Below are positions 25,790 to 39,546 of a stretch of DNA of 64,000 bases, piece after piece. The DNA is taken from contig JBHGNT010000001.1 in assembly GCA_043228905.1 (NCBI GenBank), forward strand, positions 27,342,001-27,406,000, read 5' to 3'. A program made the translations under genes and the position numbers. Origin of the DNA: Azolla caroliniana. Taxonomy: Eukaryota > Plantae > Polypodiophyta. The stretch's first letter is position 1; each line of letters begins with the position of its first letter. The notes beneath the pieces are model-generated. The model was given only the letters and a program-made list of their open reading frames with translations. It made no database searches and was not told the origin of the DNA.

Positions 25790-28700
25790 CACTTATGAAG
25801 AACACAAGATGGGGAATGAGTAACTATATTAAATTAGCATTATCATCATCATCATCAAATACAAAAATACCTACAATGAGATATATATTGATCTCATGTG
25901 CAAGGGTGCACATGTGTGAGGATAATATAGGTACAAGGGTGTAAATCCTATATTAAATGTACTTAGGAGTGGAGGATCTAGAATATCCCACTTAAGTACA
26001 AGGTCCTATTTAAGGTGTTATAGTCAACACTTCTAACTAGATTCTATCTAGGTAACTATGAAGTTATATGGTTGATTAATTAACTAAACTAAGTTGAGCT
26101 TGATCACTCAACACGCCCCCTCAAGCTCAAGTACAGGGCATCCGATGTCCGCTTTGGCTTTCAACGTTCGGATCTTCGATTTGGTCGAATTGGCTCTGGC
26201 TTTGGATGGCCGGTATTGTTTCTTTCAGGGTCGACATTTTTGTGGCAGTTTCGGTTCCTCCCCCTCAAGCATGTGATGAAGGCTTGTTGTGCGAGATTGG
26301 TTGATTGCGTTCACCCTTTGTGGGTTACAAGCCACTTCTGTAGAGCTCTCGGGCTCTTGTTCGGCCGCTACCTCCATGGCGAAGGTGTAATGATGAGCCA
26401 TATACTCGTTGTAGCCGAGCCGAATGACGAGATTCTTCTCTCTAGAAGAGCGTCGAAGTTTTTCTGTGAGCGCCTTCTTTACTCTGGGTGTCCGCATGAT
26501 GGGTACACCGAACTCACTGTCTAGTGAGGGAGCTGACACATCCGAATCACTGTCGTCGGGGTGATCGACTTCGTATTCGGGCATCTTACCTTTGCCTTTG
26601 TCCAAGTTCATACTTGGCCGCGACGTGCTTGGGTTGTGTGGGGGCTCTTATGGCCCACTAGGCTTTGCCGTAATCGGACTTTATTCAAACATGTGTTTGA
26701 AGCGATCTCCATGTTCTACCTCTTGTTCGACGGATTCCGGGTCGAGCGAAGTCGGAGTTGTAGTTGTCTCTGGTGCGTACCAGGATGCAGACTTGTCGAA
26801 GACTACGTCTCGGCTTACCCGAACCGCTAGGGTAGAAGGGTTGTAGCACTTGTATGCCTTCTTCTTGGACAAGTATCCTATGAGGATACATTCCTTCGAC
26901 TTCGTGTCGGGCTTCTGTTGTTGTTCGTTTGGGATGCGTACATTCACAAGGCTTCCGAACACCTTGAGGTGTGACAAGATCGGCTTCCTTCCGATGAGGA
27001 GCTCGTATAGAGTTAGCTCATGCACTCCATTAGTGGTGCATCAATTCATGAGATAGACAGCCGTGGATGCCGCTTTGGCCCAATAGAAATTCGGCATGTG
27101 CTTCTCATCCATCATGGCGCATGCTACCTTGAGTATTTGCCGATTTTTCATTTCGGGGATTCCATTTTGTTGGGGTGTGTGTCGGCATGATAATTCTCTA
27201 CGAATGCCTTCACTTTTGAGGTAGGAGGTGAATTCATCGGAGAAGTACTCCTTTCCTCCATCCGATTGTAGGCATCAAATGTGTCGACCGGTTTCTTTTT
27301 CGACTTGCCCCTTGAGCTTTTGGAAGTGGGAGAACACTTCGCTCTTCTTCTTCATTGGGTAGATCCACGCGTAGCGTGAGTAGTCGTCGATGAAGGTTAC
27401 GTAATATCGGCATTCGTCGATCATCGGCGTTTGAGCCGGTCCCCATACATCCGAGTGTATGATGTCGAGGAGGCCTTTGCTCGTGTGGCTCTCCTTCGGG
27501 AATGGGAGTTGACGTTGTTTGCCGAGTTGACATGCTTCGCACACTCGGCCGACGCGTTTCGACTCGAAGGTCGGAAGTCCGATGACGACTCCCTTTGTTT
27601 GCATAGCTCGAAGCCGTTCAAGGTTTATGTGGACGATTCTCTTGTGCCACAACTCGATGTTGGTCTCGGTTTTGAGACCTTTGGTGTACATTGCTGATTT
27701 CACCTCGTTCGAATCGAGGATGAACATTCAGCCGTCTCTCTGTCACTCGCTATGAGTCGGCCATCTTTCTCGATGAAGCATCCTTCTTTGTTGAAGCGAA
27801 CTTCCATTCCTTGCTCCACGATTTGGCCTACCGAGACCAAATTCTTCGTTATTGTGGGCACATGCAAGATATTCTTGATGCAATTGTTCTTGTCATCGTT
27901 GTCGATGTGTCGAATGGGATGCGTGGTGTCGTCTCCCGTCTCTATATAGTTGGGTCGATCTGGTGTACGCAAGTCATTGAACCACTCTTTGTGGGATGTC
28001 ATGTGATGTGAGGCGCCGGAATCGACGAACCACACGTCTTCCGAATTGGAGGTGCTTGCGGAGTCGGAGGCCGTCATAGAGTTTGCTCTATGCCTCATTA
28101 CGAATAGTCCGTCGTAGTCATCGTATTCGGAGTTGACGGCGTAATTCGGGAGTTGTCGACTTGTGGAAGCTGACTCGTTTCTTCTTTTTCGGCACTCCTT
28201 CTCGCGGTGGCCGATTTTGCTGCAATAGTTGCAAGTTGCAGGCCTCATTTGCCGACCTTGTTCAGTATGGAAGCTCCCCCTTCTTCCGAAGGTTCCTCAA
28301 TGGCTTCCGTGAAGGTTTGAGTTCCCTTCGTGTGATGGGTCGAATTGGCCTCTTCTACCGCCGTGACCTCCTCCTCTGCCACCATCCAAATTCGAAAAGA
28401 ACATTTGTCCTTCCGATGTCTTGGTTTTGGTTTGAATGTGGTTCTCTTCAACCATTGGCATTGATTGAAGGTCGACGAACGAAGGAGGGTTTTCCCTCGC
28501 CAAGATTGCCGTCTGCAACGAGTCGAATCGTTGTGCGAGGCCGCCCAAGCATACTTGAACCATCTCATCTTCGTCGACGTTTATTTGGATGGAGCCAAGT
28601 GAGTTGCAAATGCTCTTGATCTTGGCGGTGTAGTCCAACACGAACATGTCTTTTTTGCCGAATGTTGTTCAACTCTTGTTGGAGTTGAAGCTTTCTGGCG

Positions 28701-29592
28701 GTTGTGTTGGCGGTGAACATTTTCTTTAAGTTGTCCCACGCCTCTTTGGGCGTCTTGGCGTCTTGAATGTGGCTAAGTATGTGGTCGTGGACACATGTTG
28801 CCAAGCAATACATGACTTGACTGGCCGCTTGCTCCCATGTTGAGTAGTCGGCGTTCGTTGAGTCGGGTCGATTTTCTTGAGCGTCGTTGATGTAGCTCCA
28901 ATACCCTTAGCCGACGAGGTATCGGGTTAACTTGTACTCCCAAGATGAATAATTGCTCCGGTCTAGCTTTTCACTAGGGAGCATACTACCCATTTGTGTG
29001 TTCATGTTGATTAGTGTCTTCTCTTCTTTTGCTTTTCTTCCTTCGATCACGTGCACGTGCTATGTAGTGGCACTACAGTAGCCGATAGCCGGATTTTGTT
29101 GTTGGCGTCTCGAACACACTATTATGAAGAGGCGGATGGGTTTAGTGAATGTGCTAAACCACACGATCTGATACCATGTTAATAATTAGGTGATTAATTA
29201 GTACCTAATTATGTGATTAAGTTAAGCAGAAGATTAAGTGATATGTGTGTGAGAGGGAGAGAGAGAGAGACTTATGAAGAACACAAGATGGGGGATGAGT
29301 AACTATATTAAATTAGCATTATCATCATTATCATCAAATACAAAAATACCTACAATAAAGTATATATAGATCTCAAGTGCAAGGGTGCACATGTGTGAGG
29401 ATAATATAGGTACAAGGGTGTAAGTCCTACATTAAATGTACTTAGGAGTTGAGGATCTAGAATATCCCACTTAAGTACAAGGTCCTATTTAAGGTGTTAT
29501 AGTCAACACTTCTAACTAGATTCTATCTAGGTAACTACGAAGTTACATGGTTGACTAACTAACTAAACTAAGTTGAGCTTGATCTCTCAACA
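25619..29592 (-). mobile_element. Ty1/Copia LTR retrotransposon, internally deleted (no RT/RNase H), 3974 bp
   Basis: LTRs at 29177-29592 (5') and 25619-26113 (3'), TG...CA ends, perfect TSD TTCAC on both sides, PBS TGGTATCAGATCG, PPT ttgagcttgagggggcg. Confidence 0.95.
26225..29005 (-). pseudogene. Copia gag-PR-INT, frameshifted; RT and RNase H absent
   Basis: EKLDRSNYSSWE, AKTPKEAWDNLKK, CNYCSKIGHREKEC, WFVDSGASHHMT, LWHKRIVH...CEACQLGKQ, IIHSDVWGP, YYVTFIDDYSRY, HLKVFG, VSRDVVFD. The sequence then jumps from the EP.S region directly to the pre-PPT end. Confidence 0.9.
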
Positions 29593-30391
29593 TTCACTAA
29601 AAACATTGATGCTCTAATGTCATCTAAATAATTTGACGTTCTTTAGAGGATTAAGTGTTTATATAGGTGTGTTCAAGAGATTGATAGATAGATATCTTTT
29701 TAATGTCCACTGAAAACCTATTGTTATCTATGAGAGGGGTCCTATCCCATGGCAAGGATCATATCTAGAGAGAGAGAGAACAAGCCAATATTAAGAATTT
29801 GCCATGATAAATAGGGAATGATTAAATTAACGAATACTTCAAAAGATAATCAACACTTGAAAACAAGAGGGAACTTGGTTTAACTAGAAATTCTATGAAG
29901 GTACAAACATACGTTAAGCACAAGCTAGTAAGCATGTGTGAGTGAGTGAGGTATCTACGTTATTTTCGCACACATAAGATAATCCTCTTTTATTGAGTCC
30001 CCTATTTAAGGCTTTCCGCGAGTTCACCAATGTTGGGATGGGTGACCACATAGTGCCATTTGGTGATCATATCATGGGCTCTTGTAGTGCACGTGTGCAT
30101 GTGCGTGTTTCATTATATAAAGGTCAAGGCTCAAAACCAGCCACACTTTTTTTTTGTTCCTTTACAAATATCTATAAAAAAGACCTAGCAATAATGTAAA
30201 AAGCCCAAGCTCTAAATTGATTGACAACAATAACTAGCTCGGAATTCCAAGTAATTGAGAGACTTACACTAGACAATGTTGGACAATTGAGTAAAAATAC
30301 CCAAGGGATCATAGATGGTGTTGGATTTTACCAATATGATGATGTTTCTTTATTGTTGAGAAACCACACATGTTACTCATCAATTGGTGTA

Positions 30392-30720
30392 ACAATACAA
30401 CTCGATTGAAGGGAACTCGGATGAAGCAGAAAGGGCTCGGTCGAAGTTTTTGCTGAAATGGGGTCGTTCTCCTATGATGGTAAATTCAGCGTCAGGGCCT
30501 AAATGGAACTACCAAGCACCGAGATGGTTGTTTCTGCCATTGGCTTCCATGAGTGGACAGGAGTTGTAAATATGTGGTCACCATGTACAAAGTGTTAGCG
30601 GGATACTTTTGTTGTAAATAGTAGGGTTGGGATTATGTTGTTTTGATTATGGCTGATCTTTGATGTACTTCTTTTGCTAACTAATGGGAAGTAGTGTTTT
30701 TTTTGGAAATAAAAATAAAA
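30392..30720 (+). mobile_element. 5'-truncated LINE 3'-end copy
   Basis: High similarity to 51975-52324 (acaatacaact.gattgaagggaact.ggatgaagca...ctaactaatgggaagtagtgtttttttgg(A)n). Confidence 0.8.
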
Positions 30721-31181
30721 ATGTACATCACCATCTACTATGACATTCTAAAATGCTCCATCATGGTCACCAAATGTTGTTGGCCAATTTGAAAACATGC
30801 ACGTTGCTCATCAATTATCAGAGGTTATGTTATTAATGCAATCATCAAACATACATCGCCCTTAGTGACTATGTTTTGAAAAGCTCCATCATAAAATGTT
30901 GTCCTCCCATCTCTTTTCAACTTGTGGAGGTTATATTGTTCCGATCATTAAACATACACCATCTTTTGTCACTGCCTTCTAAATACCTCCATTGTGGTCA
31001 CTACATGTTTTTATCTTTTCTTTTAGGCCAAGGTTATGAGTTCTGGGCTCCAGCTATGTGTGCTGATCTACCACATCAATGAATCTCCAACTCTCTATTA
31101 AGTTCATTATTGTTCTAACCTACTTAATATACAATTGGAGTTATGTCATTTACTCATAGCTACATGGATTAAGCGGCGAGA

Positions 31182-31510
31182 TCAACAAGACAAGGTGTCG
31201 ATCACTCTTGAATGTGTCAACGAAGTATTAACTCACCTATAGAATTGTGTTCTCACAATCACTCTACACCTTAAATAGCTAATTAAATGTGTTTAACCAA
31301 AAAAACTAAACCAACATTCTCGCCCAGTAATTAATTACTTAATTCTTGATGAGACCAACAAGACAAGGTGTTAATCACTCTTGAATGTATGAATAAAGTG
31401 GACTAGCTCACTTAGAAATTTGTGTTCTCACATAACATACACCATTAATAGCTAATTAAATGTGTTTACAAAATGACTAAACCTGCATTCGCAAAACTAA
31501 TTAATTGATT
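31182..31510. repeat. Imperfect tandem duplication of ~170 bp
   Basis: caacaagacaaggtg...atcactcttgaatgt...ttgtgttctcaca...aatagctaattaaatgtgttta occurs twice. Confidence 0.75.
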
Positions 31511-33436
31511 ATAACTCTAGTAATGAAGAAGATACAAGAGCACATAAATAACATTTATAATCTTTTGTAAATTTTGGACCCTTTCTCACTACTATGGCCT
31601 CAAAATCTCCATCTCTTCCCTTTTGCCTCTTACCCTTTTTCCTTGCCTTGAGACTTGTCTCCTTAACACAAATGCCAACTAGATGACAGTAAAGGTATGT
31701 GGTGTGAAGCATACAATTTGTATTTAACATCCCCAAGCCATGGAAAATTAAATAACACCATATATACTAATCGTTAATAGGTTAGCAAATTATCACATTC
31801 CTAGATGTTTTCCTACTTCTTCATCTTTTAGGATTAGGAGAAGGGCGAGGATCCCCTAAGTGCCATTTGACCACTATTATTCTCCTCCGAATCTCTTACA
31901 CATTACCACTCTATGCATGTCTGCACTTTACTAGAACATGATTGTAATGTGGAAATCAACTTAACCATTGTAGCTTACCGTTATTTGCATTGGTTAGATT
32001 GTTTAAACCATTATGTACATACATACATACATCCATCCTTGCGAAAGAGATCAAGGCCTTTCAACACATAAAGTATATATGCCTTAAAAAACTCAAATCT
32101 AAGAGGTTGTGGGTTGTTTGGGATACTTTTGATGGAATTTTCCATTTCAACACATTAAAGTGTGACTTGATTGTGATCTTTGATTGTTTTTATAGGTCAA
32201 GCTAGTTGGATGATTGATTGATAGAGTTTCCAAAAAGGTTTGTTGTGTGATACACTATTCTTCCATCAACTCTTTTTTTTTTTAAATGCACTCTATGGAA
32301 AACACTAGACTTTTTCATTCTATAACATGTTTGAGTTGTTTTTGTTTTACAAAAACAAAACTCCTTCCATGAGTTATAAAATTCTACAACGGAGGATGTG
32401 ATATACAAATCCCAGTAGGGACACAATAGTTCTATTCTATGTGGAGGTCCACTAACTCAAGAAAGGGAAAGGACAACCATTATTGGATGAAGGCTAATCG
32501 TTGTCTTTGGGCTCCATCACTTCCGCTCATGATGCTATCGTATTGGCTCTTTCGTGTGGCTACAACCTCACTCTATATTTCTTGCAATAGCATCGCTTGA
32601 TGCACGGTTTGATTGGAGAAGACCCATCTACAACGTTGTTTCAAGAGAATCCATAGTGTTATTGGGCTGACCAATTCCAGCACAACTTGAGCATTGGCAT
32701 TACGGGAGTTGAGTGGATGTTATTGATGGTGGAAAACGAGATCTGATGTGCCTTTATCACCAGCGTCATCCCCTCCTCCTGATGTTCGTATCTGTCAATT
32801 GGGGCGTGCCATGATAACCAATATACATTCCCCCACTTGAATGTGCCTTGCACCTAGCATAATTGCAATAGTTGGCCAACCCCTCACCATATTTGATAAG
32901 TCTTTGGGAGTTGTTTTTACTTTCTTAATGTTTGATTCATGAAAAGTTTATATTTCTAACATGTTTGGATTCAGTTAATGTATTGGGAATTGAACATGTT
33001 TTAAATTGTTAGTTTTTATTTTTGTTAAAGTCGCGTGTTGTCGCCATTATACGCATTCTTATTACAAGAGTCTTTTCAAAACGAGTCAAGGATGTGAGAG
33101 GACATATTGCCATACAACTTAAGTGTGGCTTATAACTATACAATCAAATATTGGAATTTTTCAATGCAAGTAAAAGAGTTTTTTGTTTTTGTTTTTGAGA
33201 AATGAATATACAACATTCATATTGAAAATTATAGAGTATGTCTCTCGAGCATAAGGTTGTGGTGTTTTTGCTTGCCAAAAAAGGAAATGACAACACTTAA
33301 AAAGACATTCCAATTCTATAAGACATTATCAACTTCTAAAAAGGTGTGACATGGCATTGGTTACAAATATTCTTAGAAAAATATCGATCCATGAATTGAA
33401 CATGTTGAGGATGTTCAATGAGGACATACCACCAAG

Positions 33437-33690
33437 CATAGTATGAACCATACGTATCATACGTGCATTCGCATTCGTGTAAGAAAAACACCCTCAAAGA
33501 ATGATAAATACCATACTTTTGGATTAACTATTTCTTATGAGGTAAATAAGCCTAAAAAATGGAAAAAAACAAAAAAAAGGGAAAAAGCAAAAAAAAAAAA
33601 AAACATGAATGTTTGAATAACATTCGCATTCGTTTTCCAACGTAGGAAAACGAATGTTATGCTACACGAACACAAATTTTACATACTATG
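33437..33690. mobile_element. hAT-type MITE (254 bp)
   Basis: TIRs CATAGTATG (33437-33445) and CATACTATG (33682-33690). Perfect 8-bp TSD CCACCAAG at 33429-33436 and 33691-33698. Subterminal cattcgcattcgt/cgaatg motifs. Confidence 0.85.
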
Positions 33691-34128
33691 CCACCAAGTA
33701 TACTTTCAGTATTGTTGATTACCATACTTTATGGAGATTGCAACATCGTGAGTACCCGTTAAGACCTTGATTAAACATTCGTTAAAATATGTTAATTGAA
33801 CAACAAAATTTCAACTCACTAAAATATATTTTCTAATGCAATCCTGAGTACATATGTGATAATATCAAAATTTTCTTTTAAGGAGAGGGATCATGGTAAT
33901 ACTTTCATGTGATTATGTGTGTACGAGAGAGTGTGTTCAATGCGAAATGATCATCCAGCTCCCCCACAACAATATGGCTTAGCATTTATAATTGTTTTCT
34001 ACATCCAAACTAATCCACTTCCTCGTTTCAATGCGTGATCTTTAAAGTATCCAAGTCAAATTAGAGTTATAGTCCGTGTAACTCATTTTAATATAAGTGC
34101 ATTGCCCTTTGATTGGATTTCGGTTTTC

Positions 34129-34169
<41 letters not shown>

Positions 34170-36378
34170 CATATGCTAACCCAAACTTAGATATTTTCCC
34201 TGAGATTACCTACTTGATGTGCACATTTGTAAATGCCCGTGTCCATCTACGTGCAACATAATTCATTTTATATCGCAATAAATTCAACACATATATAATA
34301 TGTTATTTCTTGAGCCAACATCTAACGTCATGTGCTCAACTCTATCCTAACAAATTACTATTAATTCGTTGTTGTCTCTTAGGGCTAGCTTCTGAGTTGT
34401 CACTCTCATCTCATAGGTTCCAATCAATCTCCATCAAGAATCTTGGCAAGGTAAACCCTCTAAATTCTTGTGGGAGTATCAAACACAAAAACAACTGCAA
34501 TGATGATGAATGTGAGATTTGCCAAGTTAAATTTCCATTTAGCCTGCATACATGTTTGCGTTTTCTTATATTCAACAACAAAATACAATAAAAATACAAA
34601 AGTGCAGCATCATTATGGTTGTTACTTTTATGTCACAATTATGTGCTACACATAATTATTTCAATTTTTATAACAATATGTTTTATAGTGCGTTCAGAAC
34701 ATTTGATAATGTAACTATTTTGCATTGATAATTACATTTTTGCAATATCTATGATGATATAATATTATTCCTATATTTAACATTTGTTAATGTGGATGGT
34801 CTTTCATGTTTAACAATATTCTAATGCCTCTCCCTCTACATAATTTCATATACTAATAATTTGACACACATAGAACCATATATAATGTGAAATGAACTAA
34901 AGATGTGGATCTAATCCATTAATAATGTTGGTTTGTAAATCACTATTTGTAAGTAGTTGTTAGTTTGACCATCGATGTCACTACGCCATGCGCGCTAGAA
35001 CAATGAAAGGATGCAATAAACATATACGTGAGAAAGATGCAATCTCTGGTCAACACTGTTTTAATTGTTCAAAAAGCTAAGATATGGATGGAAAACAATC
35101 TCCCAATAGGTACATATATTAGACATATTACTCCAAATCTAAAGACATTAATCTAGTCTGATAAATGTCCCTTATTTGATTTCCAATCTTACTTGTAATG
35201 CTTAAACAGTCAATGATCATTCAATTGTAGTATTTCCTATTATTCGGTGCATCCATGTATAGCCAATGCATACTAGTAGATAATGTGACACCTCGTTAGG
35301 GTTGTGATTTAAAATTTTTTAACAAGCTATTATAATAGAACTTATAATGTTTCCAAACTAGTCAGCATAAGTCGCCATTGGGCATGTAACTCATATGCCA
35401 AAAGCCTCCGATCAAGAGTTTTAAAAGGAAGTTGATATTGAATGATTCATGAAAATTCTCAAATGTTAAATCAAAATCCGTCATCACTTTCTTACATGTA
35501 TGGACATTCTCTAACTAAAGACACTTTTTTTCTTTCTACTTTTCCCAACGCGCGAAAGAGGTAGCACTCATCATGCTTGCTGTTTAAAATACTCGTTAGG
35601 TGGTTCCGCTTTTCTTTTGGGGAAGGCGTGCGTTTCAGGCTTGCAGGGAAAAGTGCCATTTCCGAGTTCAAAGATTGCTGCTTTAAAGTGGAAAGAAAAG
35701 TGCAAAGCATCTTCTTGCCAGTGATTCATCAAGATTGCCGCCGGCTCGGTTTAAAGTGAAAACATTTTTAAAGATGAAACTAAATATCCTTTAGGGTTGA
35801 TGGTGAGCATCCAATCAATTGTCATGGCACTCTTTATTGAATAAAATGGTTATGTCCATGTTATAAGTATGGAGCACATTTTTACCGGAAATTTGAAGCT
35901 TCTTGTTATTGTTGATAAGGTATGTTATGAAACCCAAGTAAGTATGTTTCCATATTTAGCTATGAATTAATGCACAATGGATAAAAATAGGCATTAATGC
36001 ATAACTAGTCAAAGTGTGCACTTGATTGATCATTACACTCCTACAATTGCACGTGCTCATGTATCGATTCTCGTGAAAGATTTAAAGTTGTATTTGTTAA
36101 TAACATCATTCTTATGCTTGTGCACATGTATCAAGACACGTAAATGTTCACAAGTATACAATAAATGTTGTGTAAGACGCTCCGATATATTTTATGATAA
36201 TTATCTACTTGCCCTCTCTCAAAATAAACCAATGCATTATATCCACATATTTTTCTACAAGTGTTGATGCATTGGTGTGTGTAACAAATTGTACTCAAAT
36301 TATTTTAAGTTTATATATATCATTTTCAGCCATACCACACACCCCCACTCTCTGTCTCTGAAAATTCGCAATTATTTT

Positions 36379-36672
36379 AATAAATGTGTGTGAAAAATAC
36401 TACTTACAATGGGTATCACAATGGAGTATGAATGGTCACCACTACATGGGTAGTAGCACACATTGAATTGTCAATAGGCAAGATGAACACTCTTCCTCTT
36501 CCGTTTAAAGAATTTTTACTAGATCCAATAAATGTGTGTGAAAAACACTACTTACAATGGGTATCACAATGGACTATGGTCACCACCACTACACGCGTAG
36601 TGATACATATTGAATTGTCAATAGGCAAGACGAACACTCCTCCAATAAAGAATTTCCACTACATCCAATAAA
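36379..36672. repeat. Tandem duplication of ~148 bp
   Basis: aataaatgtgtgtgaaaaa.actacttacaatgggtatcacaatgga...attgaattgtcaataggcaaga occurs twice. Confidence 0.85.
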
Positions 36673-36700
36673 CAAAGTTCTCTCTCTCTTTCTTTATAGT

Positions 36701-36905
36701 AATTATCTTACCCTAGTGGTAAGTTGATAGCACTACAAGCACCGTGCCTTGGGTTTGAAACCCAATTTTCTCACCTCTCTCTATTATATACTTCATATAT
36801 ATCTCCTATTTCACTAGATGCCATTATGGAATGTAGGAGTTGAACCCATGACCACCTGGTCTCCATTGGGCAACCTTACCAACTGAGCTACATCCAACTA
36901 GGCTC
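36701..36905. mobile_element. Dual convergent tRNA-head SINE-like element (most complete copy)
   Basis: Plus: cctAGTGGTAAG...GGGTTTGAAACCC. Minus: GGATGTAGCTCAGTTGGTAAG...GGGTTCAACTCCTACATTCCA. Confidence 0.7.
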
Positions 36906-36921
36906 TTTCTCTTTCTCTCTC

Positions 36922-39546
36922 TTTGGTAAAAGCACACAATTATATTAATTGTATGTAAAATTCACTTAGTTACAACACTTCTTAGTCACCTCTAGCTATC
37001 ATATGCATATGTAGAGAGAGGGACGTTCTGTAATGCTATTAAAAAACCTGAATATGCATTTGAGGAAATGATCCCCACATTCTCTAACATCCAAAAATTC
37101 AACATGAGCCTTTAAGCTTCTTTATATAGGCTTTCACCCCATATGCATTTGAGGAAATGATCCCCACATTCTCTAACATCCAAAAATTCCACATGAGCCT
37201 TTAAGCTTCTTTATATAGGCTTTCACCCCATGTCTATTGTCAAACATGAAAGCATTACACATATTCCAATTGTGTTGTAGACCCCAATAATGTAAAAATT
37301 GGAACAAGATCTCCATCTCATCATTTGAACCATTTTGAACATATTGAGAAAAAACCCATTGTTGAGGTCTCAAACAACAACGGGTTAAAACTTGCCAAAT
37401 GTCCGATAAGTACTTCCAAATGGTACACACAATAGGACATTTAATGAACCTATGTGTACTATCCTCCAATGGAATGATGCAAAAGAAACAAGTGTCGAAC
37501 CCTAGTCCTCATCTCTTTAAGGCTGAACCTAATGGGATCCCACCAATCATGACTCTCCATATGAATACCTTTGCACGAAATGGTAGATGGGAATGCCAAC
37601 TATGTTGTAATATTTTCCACCACCTTGCATCTGACTTACATACATTCCACAACTTCGTTGCTTTAGGAGATAGCCAAGATAATGATGTCATCGCATGATG
37701 ATACAATATATTTGTAGTGACCTGTAACAAGCGTGTACCATCTGGTAACCGCCAATCCATCCAAGGTGCAAAATTTGTTTTTAATGGCAAAGATCCTTGC
37801 AACAATGGTATATCTTGTAATTTGTCCCAAATAAATCCATAATTTGGGTGAATACATAACCATGGCTTCGCATCTTCAAAATATGACAACCTTTGAGATT
37901 CATTATCAACCACATCTTCCAAATGTGCAATCCCCAATCGAAATAAACGATTGAATTGAGATCTCAACTTCTCTTTCCCATGCCAAAACAACACTCGAGA
38001 AGAAACATGCAATTCATTTTGTAATGAATTGCAATATTCTCGATCGCTTGATGGTCCCCATTCAAAAAGAGATAATGCATCTTGCCACGATATTACCAAA
38101 TGTATTCCACATATAGAATGTCGAATCTTTAGAGGAATACTTCCATTGAGTAATGACCACCAGGATGTTTGAATCTTTGTTTTCCCGTGCACCGATCCTT
38201 CATGCTCAATAAAATATTTCATCTTAGATATCCATGGTTGATCTTGTTTACATATATCTCGTAATAATGCAAATCTATGAGCCATCAAATGCCTTTCCAA
38301 ATCCAATATTGTTGCACCACCTAACCTTTTAGGAGTAGCCAAATGGTCCCATGAAATCCATGCAACTCCCATCATTTCTCCCTTCCGCCACAACATGAAC
38401 ATAATAGGTTGTAAAATGTTTCGTAATGCCTTCTTAGTTCAAGGTAGTAAAAGCAAAAAATATAGTAACATGGGTATCAAGATACATTGCACCACTTTGA
38501 GTCGTACAAGAAAGGGCCCTAATTGAGACTTCCAATACATAAATTTGTCCTTCAATTTACTATAAATCCAATCAAGCAATTGAACATTTGTAACATCAAC
38601 ACCCAATGGATAACCCAAATGTCGATAAATTGATCCTCGTGTAACCACTGACCGTCGCCATCCCAAACATTCCAAATCACTCTTCGTACAAGAAATAAGG
38701 CGAGACTTCCTCCAATTTATATACAACCTTGAAGACAAAGTAAATTGATCCCAAACTTCCATACTCATTTCAAGATTTTCTTTTGAGGCTTGTAAAAACA
38801 TAAAAGAATCATCAGCCAATGCTTGTTCCACCAATTGTCCACTAGAAGGAAGATGCAAACCCACAATATCACCATTAGTCGCAAGATTTGACAACATTAC
38901 TAACAAAGGATGTGTAACAATAGCAAATAACAATGGGTTTAGTGGACATCCTTGCCGCACGGATCTAGTAAGAAACACTTTTAGAGTAACTCCGCCACTA
39001 AGCATCACACACAAGGTCACATTTTGCCCTAGCAAAAAGATAAGTTGATACATACGAGGACCAAACCTCATATTATACATCACATTTGAGAGGAAAGACC
39101 AATTAACATGATCATATGCTTTTTCCAAAATCTAACTGGCCACCATAACCATTTCTTGATGTGTAGTCATTTGAACATTCAAAACATTATGCAATATATT
39201 TCTACCTGTAATAAAACCATATTGAGATGGATGAATAAGTTGAGGTAAGAACTTCTGAAGTCTGTTGGATAATATCTTTGCAAACACTTTGTATAACCCT
39301 CCCATCAATGAAATAGACCTCCATTGATGAAATGACTCCGGAGATGGTACCTTTGGTATCAATTTGATTAAGCCCACCTTCCAACTCTCAAGCATTAAAC
39401 CAGAATCCCAACATTGTTGAAACATTTGTATGAATGGACTCTTAAGCATGCCATCATACTTCTTAAAAACTTCATTTGTAACACCGTCCCAACCAGGGCT
39501 TTTACCATTTGGAAGGTATAACAATACCTTTTCCACCTCAGCTTCT

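Noticed and set aside
36828-36897. Functional tRNA gene
   Set aside because: No convincing D or anticodon stems, and it is part of a variable multi-copy repeat; treated as a tRNA-derived head.
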